A stretch of 64,000 bases of DNA from Eledone cirrhosa (lineage: Eukaryota), in the NCBI GenBank assembly GCA_964016885.1, contig OZ024758.1:26102001-26166000 (forward strand). Reading direction: 5' to 3'. Below, one piece after another: positions 35,948 through 48,045 of this stretch. Under the pieces are notes generated by a model. The model had not been told where the DNA came from and ran no database searches. It saw nothing but the letters and a program-made list of their open reading frames with translations. A program made the position numbers and the translations under genes. Every line of letters begins with the position of its first letter. Positions within the stretch are counted from its first letter, which is position 1.

Positions 35948-37846
35948 CACACACACACATGTACACACACACTCACACACTCACACACTCACACACTCAG
36001 ACACTCACACACATGTACACATACACTCACACACACACACACTCACACACATGTACACATACATACACACACACAAACACATGTACACACACACACATGT
36101 ACGCATGCATACACACTCACACACTCACACATGTACGCATGCATACACATTCACACACTCACACAAACACATGTACACATGCATACACACTCACACACAC
36201 ACACACACAAACACATGTACACATGGATACACACTCACACACATGTACGCATGCATACACACTCACACACATGCACATACGTACACTCACACAAATAAAC
36301 ACACACACACACACTCACACACAAACAAACACACATTCACACAAACACACATTCACACACACACATTCACACAAACAAACATACACACTCACACACAACC
36401 AAACACATACACACAACACACATGCATACGTGCATATGCACATGCACACACCCCTACACACAAAAATACACATACAATCATACAAATACACACACACACA
36501 CTCACACACATACACACACACGCACATACAAACACACACATACACACACATGCACATACAAACACACACATACACACACATACACACACATACACTCATA
36601 CAAATACACACACACACACTCATACACACACATATACACATACAAATACACACACACACATTTTTGGTTTGTATTTTAGTAAGTTACTTTACTGAAGTGT
36701 TAAAACCGAAGCAGTTTTATCATGAACGAGTGATTTTACCCACCTAAAATCCCACAGAAACCATCTCATGAGGGGTCACAAAATAAATGACATGTATGTA
36801 GAAAGGGTTTACACACACACACCTACACACAAATACAAACACACCTACACACAAAAACACACACACACACACATACAAACACATACACTCATACAAATAC
36901 ATACACTCATACAAATACACACACATACACACACACATACACACACACACATACATGCACACACATACATACACATATACTCATACAAATACACACACAC
37001 ACACACATTTTTGGTTTGTATTTTAGTAAGCTACTTTACTGAAGTGTTAAAACCGAAGCAGTTTTATCATGAACGAGTGATTTTACCCACCTAAAATCCC
37101 ACAGAAACCATCTCATGAGGGGTCACAAAATAAATGGCATGTATGTAGAAAGGGTTTACACACACACACCTACACACAAATACAAACACACCTACACACA
37201 AAAACACACACACACACACATACAAACATATACACTCATACAAATACATACACTCATACAAATACACACACATACACACACACACACATACATACACACA
37301 CATACATGCACACACATACATACACATATACACATACAAATACACACACACACACATTTTTGGTTTGTATTTTAGTAAGTTACTTTACTGAAGTGTTAAA
37401 ACCGAAGCAGTTTTATCATGAACGAGTGATTTTACCCACCTAAAATCCCACAGAAACCATCTCATGAGGGGTCACAAAATAAATGACATGTATGTAGAAA
37501 GGGTTTACACACAAATACAAACACACCTACACACAAAAACACACACACACACACACATACAAACACATACACTCATACAAATACATACACTCATACAAAT
37601 ACACACACATACACACACACACACATACACACACACACATACATGCACACACATACATACACATATACACATACAAATACACACACACACACACATTTTT
37701 GGTTTGTATTTTAGTAAGTTACTTTACTGAAGTGTTAAAACCGAAGCAGTTATATCATGAACGAGTGATTTTACCCACCTAAAATCCCACAGAAACCATC
37801 TCATGAGGGGTCACAAAATAACTGACATGTATGTAGAAAGGGTTTT
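35948..37846. repeat. (CA)-rich tract followed by a ~345-bp tandem repeat (four copies of a ~150-bp unique block separated by CA-rich spacers)
   Basis: Block tttttggtttgtattttagtaag...atgtagaaagggttt at ~36660, 37007, 37356, 37696. Confidence 0.92.
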
Positions 37847-37897
37847 GTGTGTTTTTAAATGACTAAAATCATTCTTCCATATTATAAATGAATTTGA

Positions 37898-38115
37898 GGG
37901 CGGTGGATTGGTAGTATTGGTAGAGGGTCGGACGCCATACTTTGCAGCACAGAGTTGCGGCCCTTTATGGACTGAGTTCAAATCCCGCCGAGGTTAACTT
38001 CACCTTTCATCCTTACGGAGGGTCGATAAAATAAAGTACCAGTCACACACTGGGGGTCAATTTAATCGACTTTCCCCCAAAATTGCTGGCCTTGTGCCTA
38101 CATAAGAAACCATAT
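37898..38115 (+). mobile_element. SINE S1
   Basis: A/B boxes and S1 body. Confidence 0.85.
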
Positions 38116-38154
38116 TGTAAATGAATTTAAATATATTTTGTCATGTACATATTG

Positions 38155-38770
38155 GAGATGCTTGAACTAGTGGTAAAGGTGTTGGACTTATGATCATAAC
38201 GTTGTGGGTTTGATTCCTGGGTTGGGTTGTGTGTTGTGTTCTTGAGCAAAACACTTCATTTCACGTTGCTCCAGTATACTCAGTTGAAAATGAGTACCAG
38301 CAATAGCTGGGGGTTTTAACCCTGCAATGGACTGGCGCATGACTTAGTGGTTAGAGCATTGGGCTTGCAATTGAGAGGTTCTGAGTTTCATTCTTGGACC
38401 GGGTGATGCATTGTGTCCTTGAGCAAGACACTTTATTACACGTTGCTCCAGTTTACTCAGCTGTAGAAATGAGTTGCGATGTCACTGGTGTCAAGCTGTA
38501 TCAGCCATTGCCTTCCCCTTGGACAACATTGGTGGCATGGAGAGGGGAGACTGGTATGCATGGCGACTACTGGTCTTCCACAAAACAAACCTTACCCAGG
38601 CTTGTGCCTTGGAGGGAAAATTTCTAGGGGCAAAACCATGGTCACTTGTGACTGAGCAGGGCCTTCGGACTGGTGTCCTGTCCAAGGGGGAGTCTTGTAC
38701 TCTCAGTCACTTCACGCCATGGAACCAGGATAACTACTGGCCTAACGAGCCTTCTGGCTTAAGACAAACT
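38155..38770 (+). mobile_element. SINE S2 (tail 4) interrupted by a nested SINE S2 (tail 1) at ~38338-38666
   Basis: ggactggcg / ggactggtg duplicated around the nested copy. Confidence 0.75.
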
Positions 38771-39483
38771 TTAGACTTTGACATAATGAAGGTGCATGGC
38801 TTATTTCCTTGGTCCAATCTGATGAATTACACCCCACTTGGTAAGCGAGAGTGGTCTGGGCTCTTGTGATATATATATATTATCATTTCATCTCTGTTTT
38901 CCCTGCTAGCAAGGGTTTTATATATATGTATGTGTGTGTGTAACTAACACTGCCAATTACCCTAACTTGAACATAAATATATCTAGAGTAAATCAAAGCT
39001 GTCCATAAACAAAGGCAACCCTCATCCATAAACCCACATTCAACCCTTCCTCACCAGATCCATATTGCACAGGGAAATATAAAAACCACACATGTCATTC
39101 AAAACCACATCCCAACTCTTCTATCAAAACAACCACCAGCCTGCTCAAATTACTGGTATGAGGATGATGAACATCATCTGGCTGCAGCCATCATATTACA
39201 TAGTTTCTATAATAATCTGCATTTACGTAATTAGCGATGCACCCACACATAAACAGTGTAACCATGCGAAATATTGCTCAACCATGTACCCCCTACAAAC
39301 CTGATTTCACATACAAACATGTACTGAAATAAACCACAAGCTTAACAAACATATATGATAATGATGATGATGATAATCTCTTCCTGCTATATCAAGCGTT
39401 AACCTAATATATACCCTCCATATACTGTACCGATTGTGTTGTTATTTCTGTTTACCTTTTACATATATATATATATATATATA

Positions 39484-39907
39484 CCCGTTTAAGAAAACCC
39501 ACTGTACCAATAGGAAATGTATCATATGTAAGGTGAACCCTCGGATAAACTGTAAAACTAGAAACGTAGTCTATAGCATAAGATGTACAGAGGGTACTTG
39601 CAGAAACACAACAACAACATACATAGGCGAGACAGCTCGTAGCATAGGTGAAAGGATAGACCAACACTGGGGGGAACTAAAAGGACGAAAAAACGGGTCA
39701 GTACTATACGAACATGCTAGACAACAACATGACGGTAACATAGACAACATAGAAATTAGAATAATATCTAAACATAGAAATGACCCAGCAGATAGGCAAA
39801 TCAGAGAGGCCAGTGAAATAGAAATTAGAAGACCAAAGCTAAACAGAAAGAATGAGTGGAATAGCAACAACACCCAAACAAACAACACTGACCTAAGAGA
39901 AGTATAA
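39484..39907 (+). pseudogene. 5'-truncated Penelope-like ORF: Cys-rich linker plus GIY-YIG endonuclease
   Basis: CTNRKCIIC...NCKTRNVVYSIRC...TYIGETARSIGERIDQH...LYEH...QH...REASEI...PKLN. Confidence 0.88.
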
Positions 39908-40141
39908 ATAAGATAAATAAATACATACACAAGCACAATAACAACAAGCGCATAAACACACACTAGTCACCCAGCAAACACAACACTATACACACTAGTC
40001 ACACAGCAAACATAACACTATACACACACGCAAACGCATGCGCAAAGAAGACAAAATAAAATAAACAAACAAGCAAATAAATAAATAAATATATAGACAG
40101 ACTGAATAAAAAATGGCGTAGACATACAACACAACAGGAGG

Positions 40142-40248
40142 AAAATATAACACCACTGACGATGTTGCAGATGTGCAACGAAAGATTTATGTAAATTATG
40201 TAAACTATATATATGTGTTTATGTCTATATTGTATCTGTGATATTTTT
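40142..40248 (+). ncRNA. Degenerate hammerhead motif in the Penelope pLTR
   Basis: CTGACGA-t-gttgca-gatg-tgcaac-GAAA at 40156-40183; stem III and cleavage triplet are imperfect. Confidence 0.5.
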
Positions 40249-40459
40249 GACCGTCGGTCAGTCAATGGCAACATTGAGGACCGAGTAAGCTAGATTACAG
40301 ATATAAAAGACAGCGAGAAGCGAAAACCAACCAAACAGTGAGTGTGTTCTGTTATTAATTCTGGCAATATTACACAAATATGACCCTCCCCAAGTATAAC
40401 AATATTTGTTTCGACACACGATTTCATATAAAAAACCTCGCTAAACTAATTCATCGCCG

Positions 40460-40489
<30 letters not shown>

Positions 40490-40493
<4 letters not shown>

Positions 40494-40700
40494 TCATCAT
40501 CATCATCATCATTTTACGTCCGCCTTTTCCCTGCTTGCAAGGGTGGGACGGGAACTGATTCTGGCTTGATTTCTATAGCTGGATGCCCTTCCTAACAACA
40601 ACCTCATTTACAGTGAGTGCTGGGTGCTTTTTTTCTGTGGCACCTCTATGACCACTTTGCAGTGGAATTATAGGGACCCCAGTCCCTATCATCTCATTTT
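40490..40700 (-). mobile_element. RTE-tailed SINE S2, 5'-truncated
   Basis: Matches 26240-26425. Confidence 0.8.
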
Positions 40701-40767
40701 CATCAGATATGTTGATTTAAAACTTTACTATTCACAAGTGCTTTTTAAGCTTCATATCATTTATACC

Positions 40768-40838
40768 TATTTTATCTGATGAAAAAGCAGATATCATCCC
40801 ATGATGATATTTGTTTTTGAAATGCGCATAATAAAATA
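40768..40838 (+). ncRNA. Type I minimal hammerhead ribozyme
   Basis: tattttat-CTGATGA-16-bp stem II-GAAA-tgcgca-TA-ataaaata; all three helices pair; AUA site at 40828-40830. Confidence 0.8.
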
Positions 40839-40868
40839 CTTGGAACTCTTTTAACCATCTTTTGATCT

Positions 40869-40928
<60 letters not shown>

Positions 40929-41199
40929 ATAATAATAAATTTTAAGAGTAAAATCCAAAGAGGGCTCGATAAGGATAAATATATATCAAATATCAGAAGA
41001 TCCCGTTAAGGGTGAAAGCAGCGATTCTTTGCTTAAACTTTAATCTGTTATTTTAATAAATATTTATATATATCATCACCATCATCATCATCATCATTTA
41101 ACATCCATCTTCAATGCTAGCATGGATATCATCATATATGTATATATGTATATGATGATAATGTAGATGATGATGATGACACTGGTGATGGTGATATAT

Positions 41200-41548
41200 A
41201 TCATCATCATCATCATCATCATCGTTTCACGTCCGCTTTTCCCTGCTTGCAAGGGTAGGACGGGAACTGATTCTGGCTTGATTTCTACAGCTGGATGCCC
41301 TTCCTGACACCAACCTCATTTACAGTGAGGGCTGGGTGCATTTTTTTCTGTGGCACCTCCACAACCACTTTACAGTGGAATGATAGGGACCCCAGTCCCT
41401 ATCATCTCATTTCTACAGCTGAGTAAACTGGAGCAATGTGAAATAAAGTGTCTTGCTCAAGGAAATAACACATCACCCAGTCTGAGAATTGATCTCACAA
41501 CTTTTCGATTGCAAGACCAATGCTCTAACCACTAAACCGTGTGCCTCC
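41200..41548 (-). mobile_element. RTE-tailed SINE S2
   Basis: Matches 26221-26562. Confidence 0.85.
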
Positions 41549-41653
41549 AGGTACATCAGTGATGTAGGAATGGAACTCATTGAAATTCAAATAAACAGAA
41601 TCAAGCAGATTCATTTACTGTGGCTAAGAGTACAACTGAATATATATACTGTG

Positions 41654-41694
<41 letters not shown>

Positions 41695-41707
41695 ATCATC
41701 TGGCAGG

Positions 41708-41762
41708 AAGGTATACGTTGCTGATGATAGCTAATAAGCTTGAAACTAGTACAGCGTTCCTT
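41708..41762 (+). ncRNA. Type I minimal hammerhead ribozyme
   Basis: acgttg-CTGATGA-t-agct-aata-agct-t-GAAA-ctag-TA-cagcgt; GUA site at 41749-41751; insert flanked by (TA)-rich tracts. Confidence 0.7.
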
Positions 41763-42362
41763 TGTCAGTGTTGAACAAAAGAGCAACGATGGTTGCTAGA
41801 CACTGTACGGCTTAATTCGGGATGTTTGTTTGTTTACAAACACACCGAGCATTATAATAAATGTTCGGTGAATCCATACGTACATATATATATGTGTGCA
41901 TGCATGTATATATATACATACTACTGTACATCTGTATACATATATGTATGTACATATACATATATATATAGTATTGAAACTGAACATAAAGCAGCTTTGT
42001 GAAGCTCCATAACACTAAACAACCCAGTAAAATGATGATGCATTGATGATACAAGCTGAAAGATATTTTGCTCTACTGGATGTTTTTGTTTTTGTAAATC
42101 TTTGTTGCTGTTTTTCATGTGTTTTTGTTGGCTTTTTTTATCATTGTTATTTTACATCCGCTTTTTGCATGGGATGGTTTTTTGTTGAGGCTGCTGATTT
42201 TTTTCTTTTTTTTTTTTTTTTTTTTTTTTTTTGTTTTGTTTTTTTGTTACCTTACATTAGTGATGCAAGAATGGAATTCATTGTAATTCAAATAAACAGA
42301 ATCAAGCAAATTCATTTACTGTGGCTAAGAGAACAACTGAATGAAGGAGTTTCTATGTAATC

Positions 42363-42887
42363 CAGAGGTTCTCAAACTTTTGGAGGCCAACGCCACCCCT
42401 CAAGGCAACATAGTACCCTCAATGCTCCCCCAACCCTATTTCCAGAGAGATCTGCCTACATGAAAATTGTAAATAATATATAATAAATAAAATCGTTAAT
42501 TTATATTTATAATAAATAATTGTTTCTACTTTTGGCACAAGGCCAGCAATTACCCAGTGCATTACTGGTACTTTATTTTATCGACCCTGTAAGGATGAAA
42601 GGCAAAGTTAACCTCGGCGGGATCTGAACTCAGAATAGCAAGGGCCGTAACTCTATGCGTCAAAGCATGGCATCCGACCCTCTACCGATACTGACAATTC
42701 ACCGCCCTATATATAATAAATAATATACTATATAATATGTATAAATAAATATTATATATTTTTTATTTTACTATATTTATATATATATATGTATCATTAG
42801 ATATTTAATATACTATTATATCATCTCTACCACCACCACCACCCAAGCGCCCCCTGGGGGTGCTAGTGCTCACTTTGGGAACCTCTG
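42363..42887. mobile_element. hAT (Charlie-like) MITE with nested SINE S1 (42518-42707, minus)
   Basis: TIRs cagaggttctcaaa / tttgggaacctctg; 8-bp TSD atgtaatc / atgtaatt. Confidence 0.8.
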
Positions 42888-42990
42888 ATGTAATTATTTG
42901 ATTTGTTATAAACAGTAGCCAAATATTTCCTAAATCATACTATACCATCTTTTAAAAAAAATAAGAAGAACATATCCAATAATGTATGCT

Positions 42991-43520
42991 ATGAAGGTCG
43001 GCTGAAAAGTTCATAGGCCTACTATGAAGGAGTGATGCTAGAGCTGTGAAATCTTGCATGCATTAATTTCAATTCTTCTTATTAATAACTGCATTGTTTC
43101 TTTCCAAGGGACTATGTTGAAAAATAAACCTCATTTGGTCATTCCATGAGAGTATCTTGGTCAGCCTATGAAGTAGTGATGCTAGAGTTGTGAAATCTTG
43201 TATGCATTAATTTCAACTCTTCTTATTAATAACTGCATTGTTTCTTTCCAAGGGACTATGTTGAAAAATAAACCTCATTTGGTCATTCCATGAGAGTATC
43301 TTGGTCAGCCTATGAAGGAGTGATGCTAGAGTTGTGAAATTTTGAATGCATTAATTTCAAGTACCAGTAATGCACTGGTTAATTGCTGGCCTTGTGCCTA
43401 AAGTAGAAACAATTAATTTCAATTCTTCTTAATAATAACTGCATTGTTTCTTTCCAAGGGACTATGTTGAAAAATAAACCTCATTTGGTCATTCCATGAG
43501 TGTATCTTAGTCAGCCTATA
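42991..43520 (+). mobile_element. Mariner-derived MITE with internal ~143-bp tandem duplications
   Basis: TIR-like ends tgaaggtcggctgaaaagttcataggc / gcctataaactgtccagccaaccctca flanked by TA; retains the GDYVEK* codons gggactatgttgaaaaataa. Confidence 0.7.
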
Positions 43521-43884
43521 AACTGTCCAGCCAACCCTCATATAAAATAAGGTAGTCTGAGATAAACTATGTCTCTAAAGATGGAATAGTCATGGATAAA
43601 ATGACTTTGATCATGGATCAACCATGAATAGGGTCAATATTCCAACAATTTAGGTTTGGTGTCAATGTATTTCACTTCAAAATAGGAAATTCAATTTCCA
43701 ATTCTTTTATATATTATATCAATAAATTGTGTTAATAAATTGTATCATATATTGAGTTATAAACTCGAAATAGTCTTTTCAATTTATTAATATATTTTGC
43801 ATTAAAATCTAAAATTAATCTGTAGAAATTAATTTGGTATTTCTGATGTAAGGAAATGAAAACCTGAGACTAAAAATCATATAT

Positions 43885-44085
43885 AGGGTCGATTGAAAAG
43901 TTCATAGGCTGACCAAGATACTCTCATGGAATGATCAAATGAGGTTTATTTTTCAACACAGTCCCTGGAAAGAAACAATGCAGTTATTATTGATAAGAAG
44001 AGTTGAAATTAATGCATGCAATATTTCACAGCTCTAGCATCACTCCTTCATAATCAGACTATGAAATTTTCCAGCCTACCCACGT
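43885..44085 (-). mobile_element. Mariner-derived MITE, single-unit copy
   Basis: Reverse complement of the 42991-43170 unit. Confidence 0.7.
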
Positions 44086-44302
44086 ATTTAGTGATTAGAG
44101 AAAATTTTCCTTAAGAGATATAAAGGAATTTCTTAAGTAGTTATAATCTACTCAAGACTCCTTTTAAGTAGTATTATCTATGAAGTCAATATAGATGTTA
44201 GTTGATAAGCACTATTCAGGACTCGTGGTCAAAATTAATTGGCTAAGGCAAGTTTCAAAATTTGAAGGTCATTTTTTCTTAGGTTGTTATTGGTGTTGTA
44301 GG

Positions 44303-44645
44303 TGTGAAGGCACAAGGCTTAGTCGTTAGAGCGCCAGGCTTACGATCATGAGGTTGTAAGTTCAATTCTTGGACCAGGCTTTGCGTTGTGTTCTTGAGCA
44401 AGACACTTTATTTTACGTTGCTCCAGTTTACTCAGCTGTAGAAATGTGTTGTGATGTCACTGGTGCCAAGTTGTATCGGCCTTTACTTTTCCCTTAGACA
44501 TCGGTGGCATGGAGAGGAGAGACTGGTATGCATGGGTGACTGCTGGTCTTCCACAAACAACCTTGCCCGGACTTGTGCCTCGGATGAGTAAATTTTTTGG
44601 TTCAAATCCTATGGTCAGTCATGACCAAAGGTGGGTCTTTACCCT
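44303..44645 (+). mobile_element. SINE S2, tail type 1
   Basis: Homologous to 3712-4037. Confidence 0.8.
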
Positions 44646-45149
44646 TAGGTAGCTAATTGGCAGAGTTGTTAGAACGTATTCGTTCTGGATCTCTCTGCTT
44701 TCAGTACAAATCCTGCCGAGGTCAACTTTGTCATCTTTAATCCTTTCAAGGTCAATAAAGAAAGTATCAGTTCAGTACTAGCATTGATTCTCTCTCTCTC
44801 TCTCTGATTCTCTCTCTCTCTCTCGATTCATTGATAACTAGACCTATACTGATTTATTAGCTCACCTGTGACATTCAACATGCAGCAGCTGTTTAAAGTT
44901 CCCCCCACATATGATATTGAATAATATAGATTTCCTATCAATCATTTAACTTTTTTCTGAGATAATGTTAGTTGGTTTACTTCTATTTTACTTTTTAATA
45001 TCAATTTAAATGAGGTGACAAACAAATTGACAGAGTCAGTACGTTGGATTAAAAATTGGTATTTTTCTCAGTTTGACATCCTGAATCGAAAATCCCACCG
45101 AAGTCAACCTTATCTTTTGAGGTTGATAAATAAAGTACCAATCCAGTTG

Positions 45150-45194
<45 letters not shown>

Positions 45195-45609
45195 CACACA
45201 CACACACACACATACAAATACACACACACACATTACACACTATTCTCTGATCTGGAGAAGGATAGGCTGTGTCAGGTTTAAAATGCCCAATACATGCCAT
45301 GTGTCAGGACAGCAGCCCAATGACTCCATTAGGATTTAAGGACCAATTTAAAGAAGTTTAGTGGGGAAATCCTGAAAATGAAGCTTATCACAGGAATTAA
45401 ATCTCCAAGCACTAATCAACTATGTCGCGACATGACAACTTCCCTAGTACAGATGCTATGATAAAATGCACTCAGTAAAATATGGGTTCTTATTCCTGGC
45501 CTCCAACTCACCTGAAGTTCAGTGGTTCCACATGAATACTGACCAATCTGTGTCAACATGTTCAACCCATGCTAGCTTGGAAAACAGTTGCTAAACGATG
45601 ATGTTGATA

Positions 45610-45822
45610 ATGGTTTCTGATTTAGGCACAAGGCCAACAATTTTGGGGAAGGAGAAAGTCAATTAAATGGACCCAAGTGAGTTACTGGTACCTCATTTTA
45701 TTGACCCTGTAAGGATGAAAGGCAAAGCTAAACTCAACGTGATTTGAACACAGACCATTAAGGGATGCAACTCTATGCTGCAAAGCATGTCTGATGTTTT
45801 ACCAATACTGTCAATCCACCAC
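45610..45822 (-). mobile_element. SINE S1, diverged
   Basis: Reverse complement of S1. Confidence 0.7.
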
Positions 45823-45842
45823 CCTGATGATAATGATGATGA

Positions 45843-46188
45843 TCATCATCATCATCATCATCATTTTACGTCCGCTTTTCCCTGATTGTAAGGGTGGGAC
45901 GGGATCTGATTCTGGCTTGATTGCTACAGCTGCATGCCCTTCCTAACACCAACCTCATTTACACATATGTGCTGGGTGCTTTTTTTCTGTGGCGCCTCCA
46001 CGACCACTTTACAGTTGAATGATAGGGACCCCAGTCCCTATCATCTCATTTCTACAGCTGAGTAAACTGGGGCAATGTGAAATAAAGTGTCTTGCTCAAG
46101 GAAACAACACATCACCCGGTCTGAGAATTGAACTCACAACCTTTCGATTGCAAGGCCAATGCTCTAACCACTAAGCCATGTGCCTCCA
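45843..46188 (-). mobile_element. RTE-tailed SINE S2
   Basis: Matches 26221-26562. Confidence 0.85.
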
Positions 46189-46371
46189 TGATGATAACGA
46201 TGATGATGATAATAATAATGATTATAAAGTTATAAAATCAAAGGATTAAAGTGTAGCTGCCAGACTTAAATGTCAAATACATCCATGGCTTTCATATAGG
46301 GATTTTCATCTTTACAACAATCACAGAAAGTGAAAAATAAACATAGTTCTTTTATTTTTTATTAATTACCA

Positions 46372-46995
46372 CAGCTGGCAACAAAGGGCTTCTTTCTCAT
46401 AGTAAAGGGCAGATTATATGGTGCAGTTGTTCAAACAGCAATGCTGCATGGCAGTGTGATGTGAGCCATGAGTACAGAAGATTTGTGTTGGGTAAAAAGA
46501 AATGAGGCATACATGCTCCATTGGATATGGGATGTTAGTTTGCATGAAGGGCAGAGCAGAAATGAAGTGAAATAAAAATTGAGTATAAGTATTGAATGTA
46601 GCATGCAAGAGAGACAATTGTGCTGGTATGGGCAATGTGGTGCATAAGGATAGTGAGAATTATATTTTTTTAAAAACCTGCGAATAACTTAAAGTGAATG
46701 GAACCTGTGGAAGAGGGAGACCAAGGAAGATGTGGGACAAAATTGTAAAAACTAATCTCGAGAAACTGAACCTCATTGTTGGATTCCCTTCAATGGTTGA
46801 ATGCCCCCAACCAATCATGCTGTGTTGTGGAGTGGTTGGCATTAGAAAGGGCATCCAGCCATAGAGACCATGGCAGAATTAAATGTATGAACATGATGTG
46901 GTCATCTGACCTGTCTAGCCTCTGAATATGACAACCCATTTAACCTATACAAGTATGGAAAATAGATGTAAAAAGGTGATGGAGATGTTGATGAT
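46372..46995 (+). mobile_element. Old degraded RTE 3' fragment related to the 50-52.8 kb element
   Basis: LATKGFFLIVKGRLYGAVVQTAMLHGS resembles LAAKGFSLRMKGRLYDACIRTAMLHGS; 3' UTR motif gaaagggcatccagc. Confidence 0.7.
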
Positions 46996-47059
46996 CAGAT
47001 TGATCAAATTGACCAACAAGATCCCAGACCTCATTTGCTTACCAAGTATAGTGGAACTC

Positions 47060-47815
47060 ATCAAATTGGACCAAGGAAACAATGTTTCCATTGGTCTTTC
47101 CATTGCTGATACTATCTACTGGTCATAACTCCTGGTAGAAACAGCCAACATGAAATAAAGTTTCTTGCTCAAGGATTATGAAATAGGACCAAGGAAACAA
47201 TGTTTCCATTGCTGATACTATCTACTGGTCATAACTCCTGGCAGAAACAGCCAACATGAAATAAAGTTTCTTGCTCAAGGATTGTGAAATAGGACCAAGG
47301 AAACAATGTTTCCATTGGTCTTTCCCTTGCTGATACTATCTACTGGTCATAACTCCTGGTAGAAACAGCCAACATGAAATAAAGTTTCTTGCTCAAGGAT
47401 TGTGAAATAGGACCAAGGAAACAATGTTTCCATTGCTGATATTATCTACTGGTCACAACTCCTGGCAGAAAGAGCCAACATGAAATAAAGTGTCTTGCTC
47501 AAGGATTGTGAAATAGGACCAAGGAAACAATGTTTCCATTGCTGATACTATCTACTGGTCATAACTCCTGGTAGAAACAGCCAACATGAAATAAAGTTTC
47601 TTGCTCAAGGATTGTGAAATAGGACCAAGGAAACAATGTTTCCATTGGTCTTTCCCTTGCTGATATTATCTACTGGTCATAACTCCTGGCAGAAACAGCC
47701 AACATGAAATAAAGTGTTTTGCTTAAGAACATAACACATCCCCCGGTGCAGGAATCAAACTCGCAACCTCACGATTTCAAATCCACTTTTCTAACCACTA
47801 AGCCCTTCACCTTCA
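47060..47815 (-). mobile_element. SINE S2 (tail 3) with tail expanded into 6 tandem 106/118-bp units
   Basis: ggaccaaggaaacaatgtttcc at 47069, 47186, 47292, 47410, 47516, 47622; SINE head at 47720-47815. Confidence 0.88.
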
Positions 47816-47839
47816 CAATGATGAGGACAATATTATATT

Positions 47840-48045
47840 CAGCATATTAGAATCGTCGGACAAAATGCTTTGCAGTACATACTAACGGTCCTTTACGTTC
47901 TGAGTTCAAATCCCACCGAGGTTAACTTTGCCTTTCATCCTTACGGGGTCGATAAAATAAAGTACCAGTAATACACTGGTGTCGATTTAGTCGACGTTTC
48001 CCTGCCTTTCAAATTGCTGGACTTGTGCCAAATGTATAAACAATT
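47840..48045 (+). mobile_element. SINE S1
   Basis: B box gagttcaaatccc and S1 body. Confidence 0.8.

Larger units (their letters stand above)
39484..40460 (+). mobile_element. Penelope-like element 3' part with pLTR, inserted in (TA)n
   Basis: GIY-YIG ORF, downstream hammerhead-like motif, (TA)n at both ends. Confidence 0.8.

Noticed and set aside
25075-37730. His/Pro/Thr-rich ORFs and YIYI- or THTH-type ORFs throughout the window
   Set aside because: Translations of (GGT)n, (CAT)n, (CA)n and (TA)n microsatellites
40985-41045. CAGAAGA-ccc/ggg-GAAA-gca..tgc hammerhead-like string
   Set aside because: Core has A at position 4 and stem I does not pair; at best a decayed copy
42023-42080. ATGATGA...GAAA ga..tc TA ctgg hammerhead-like string
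   Set aside because: Core altered, stem II weak, stem I register displaced; could be chance
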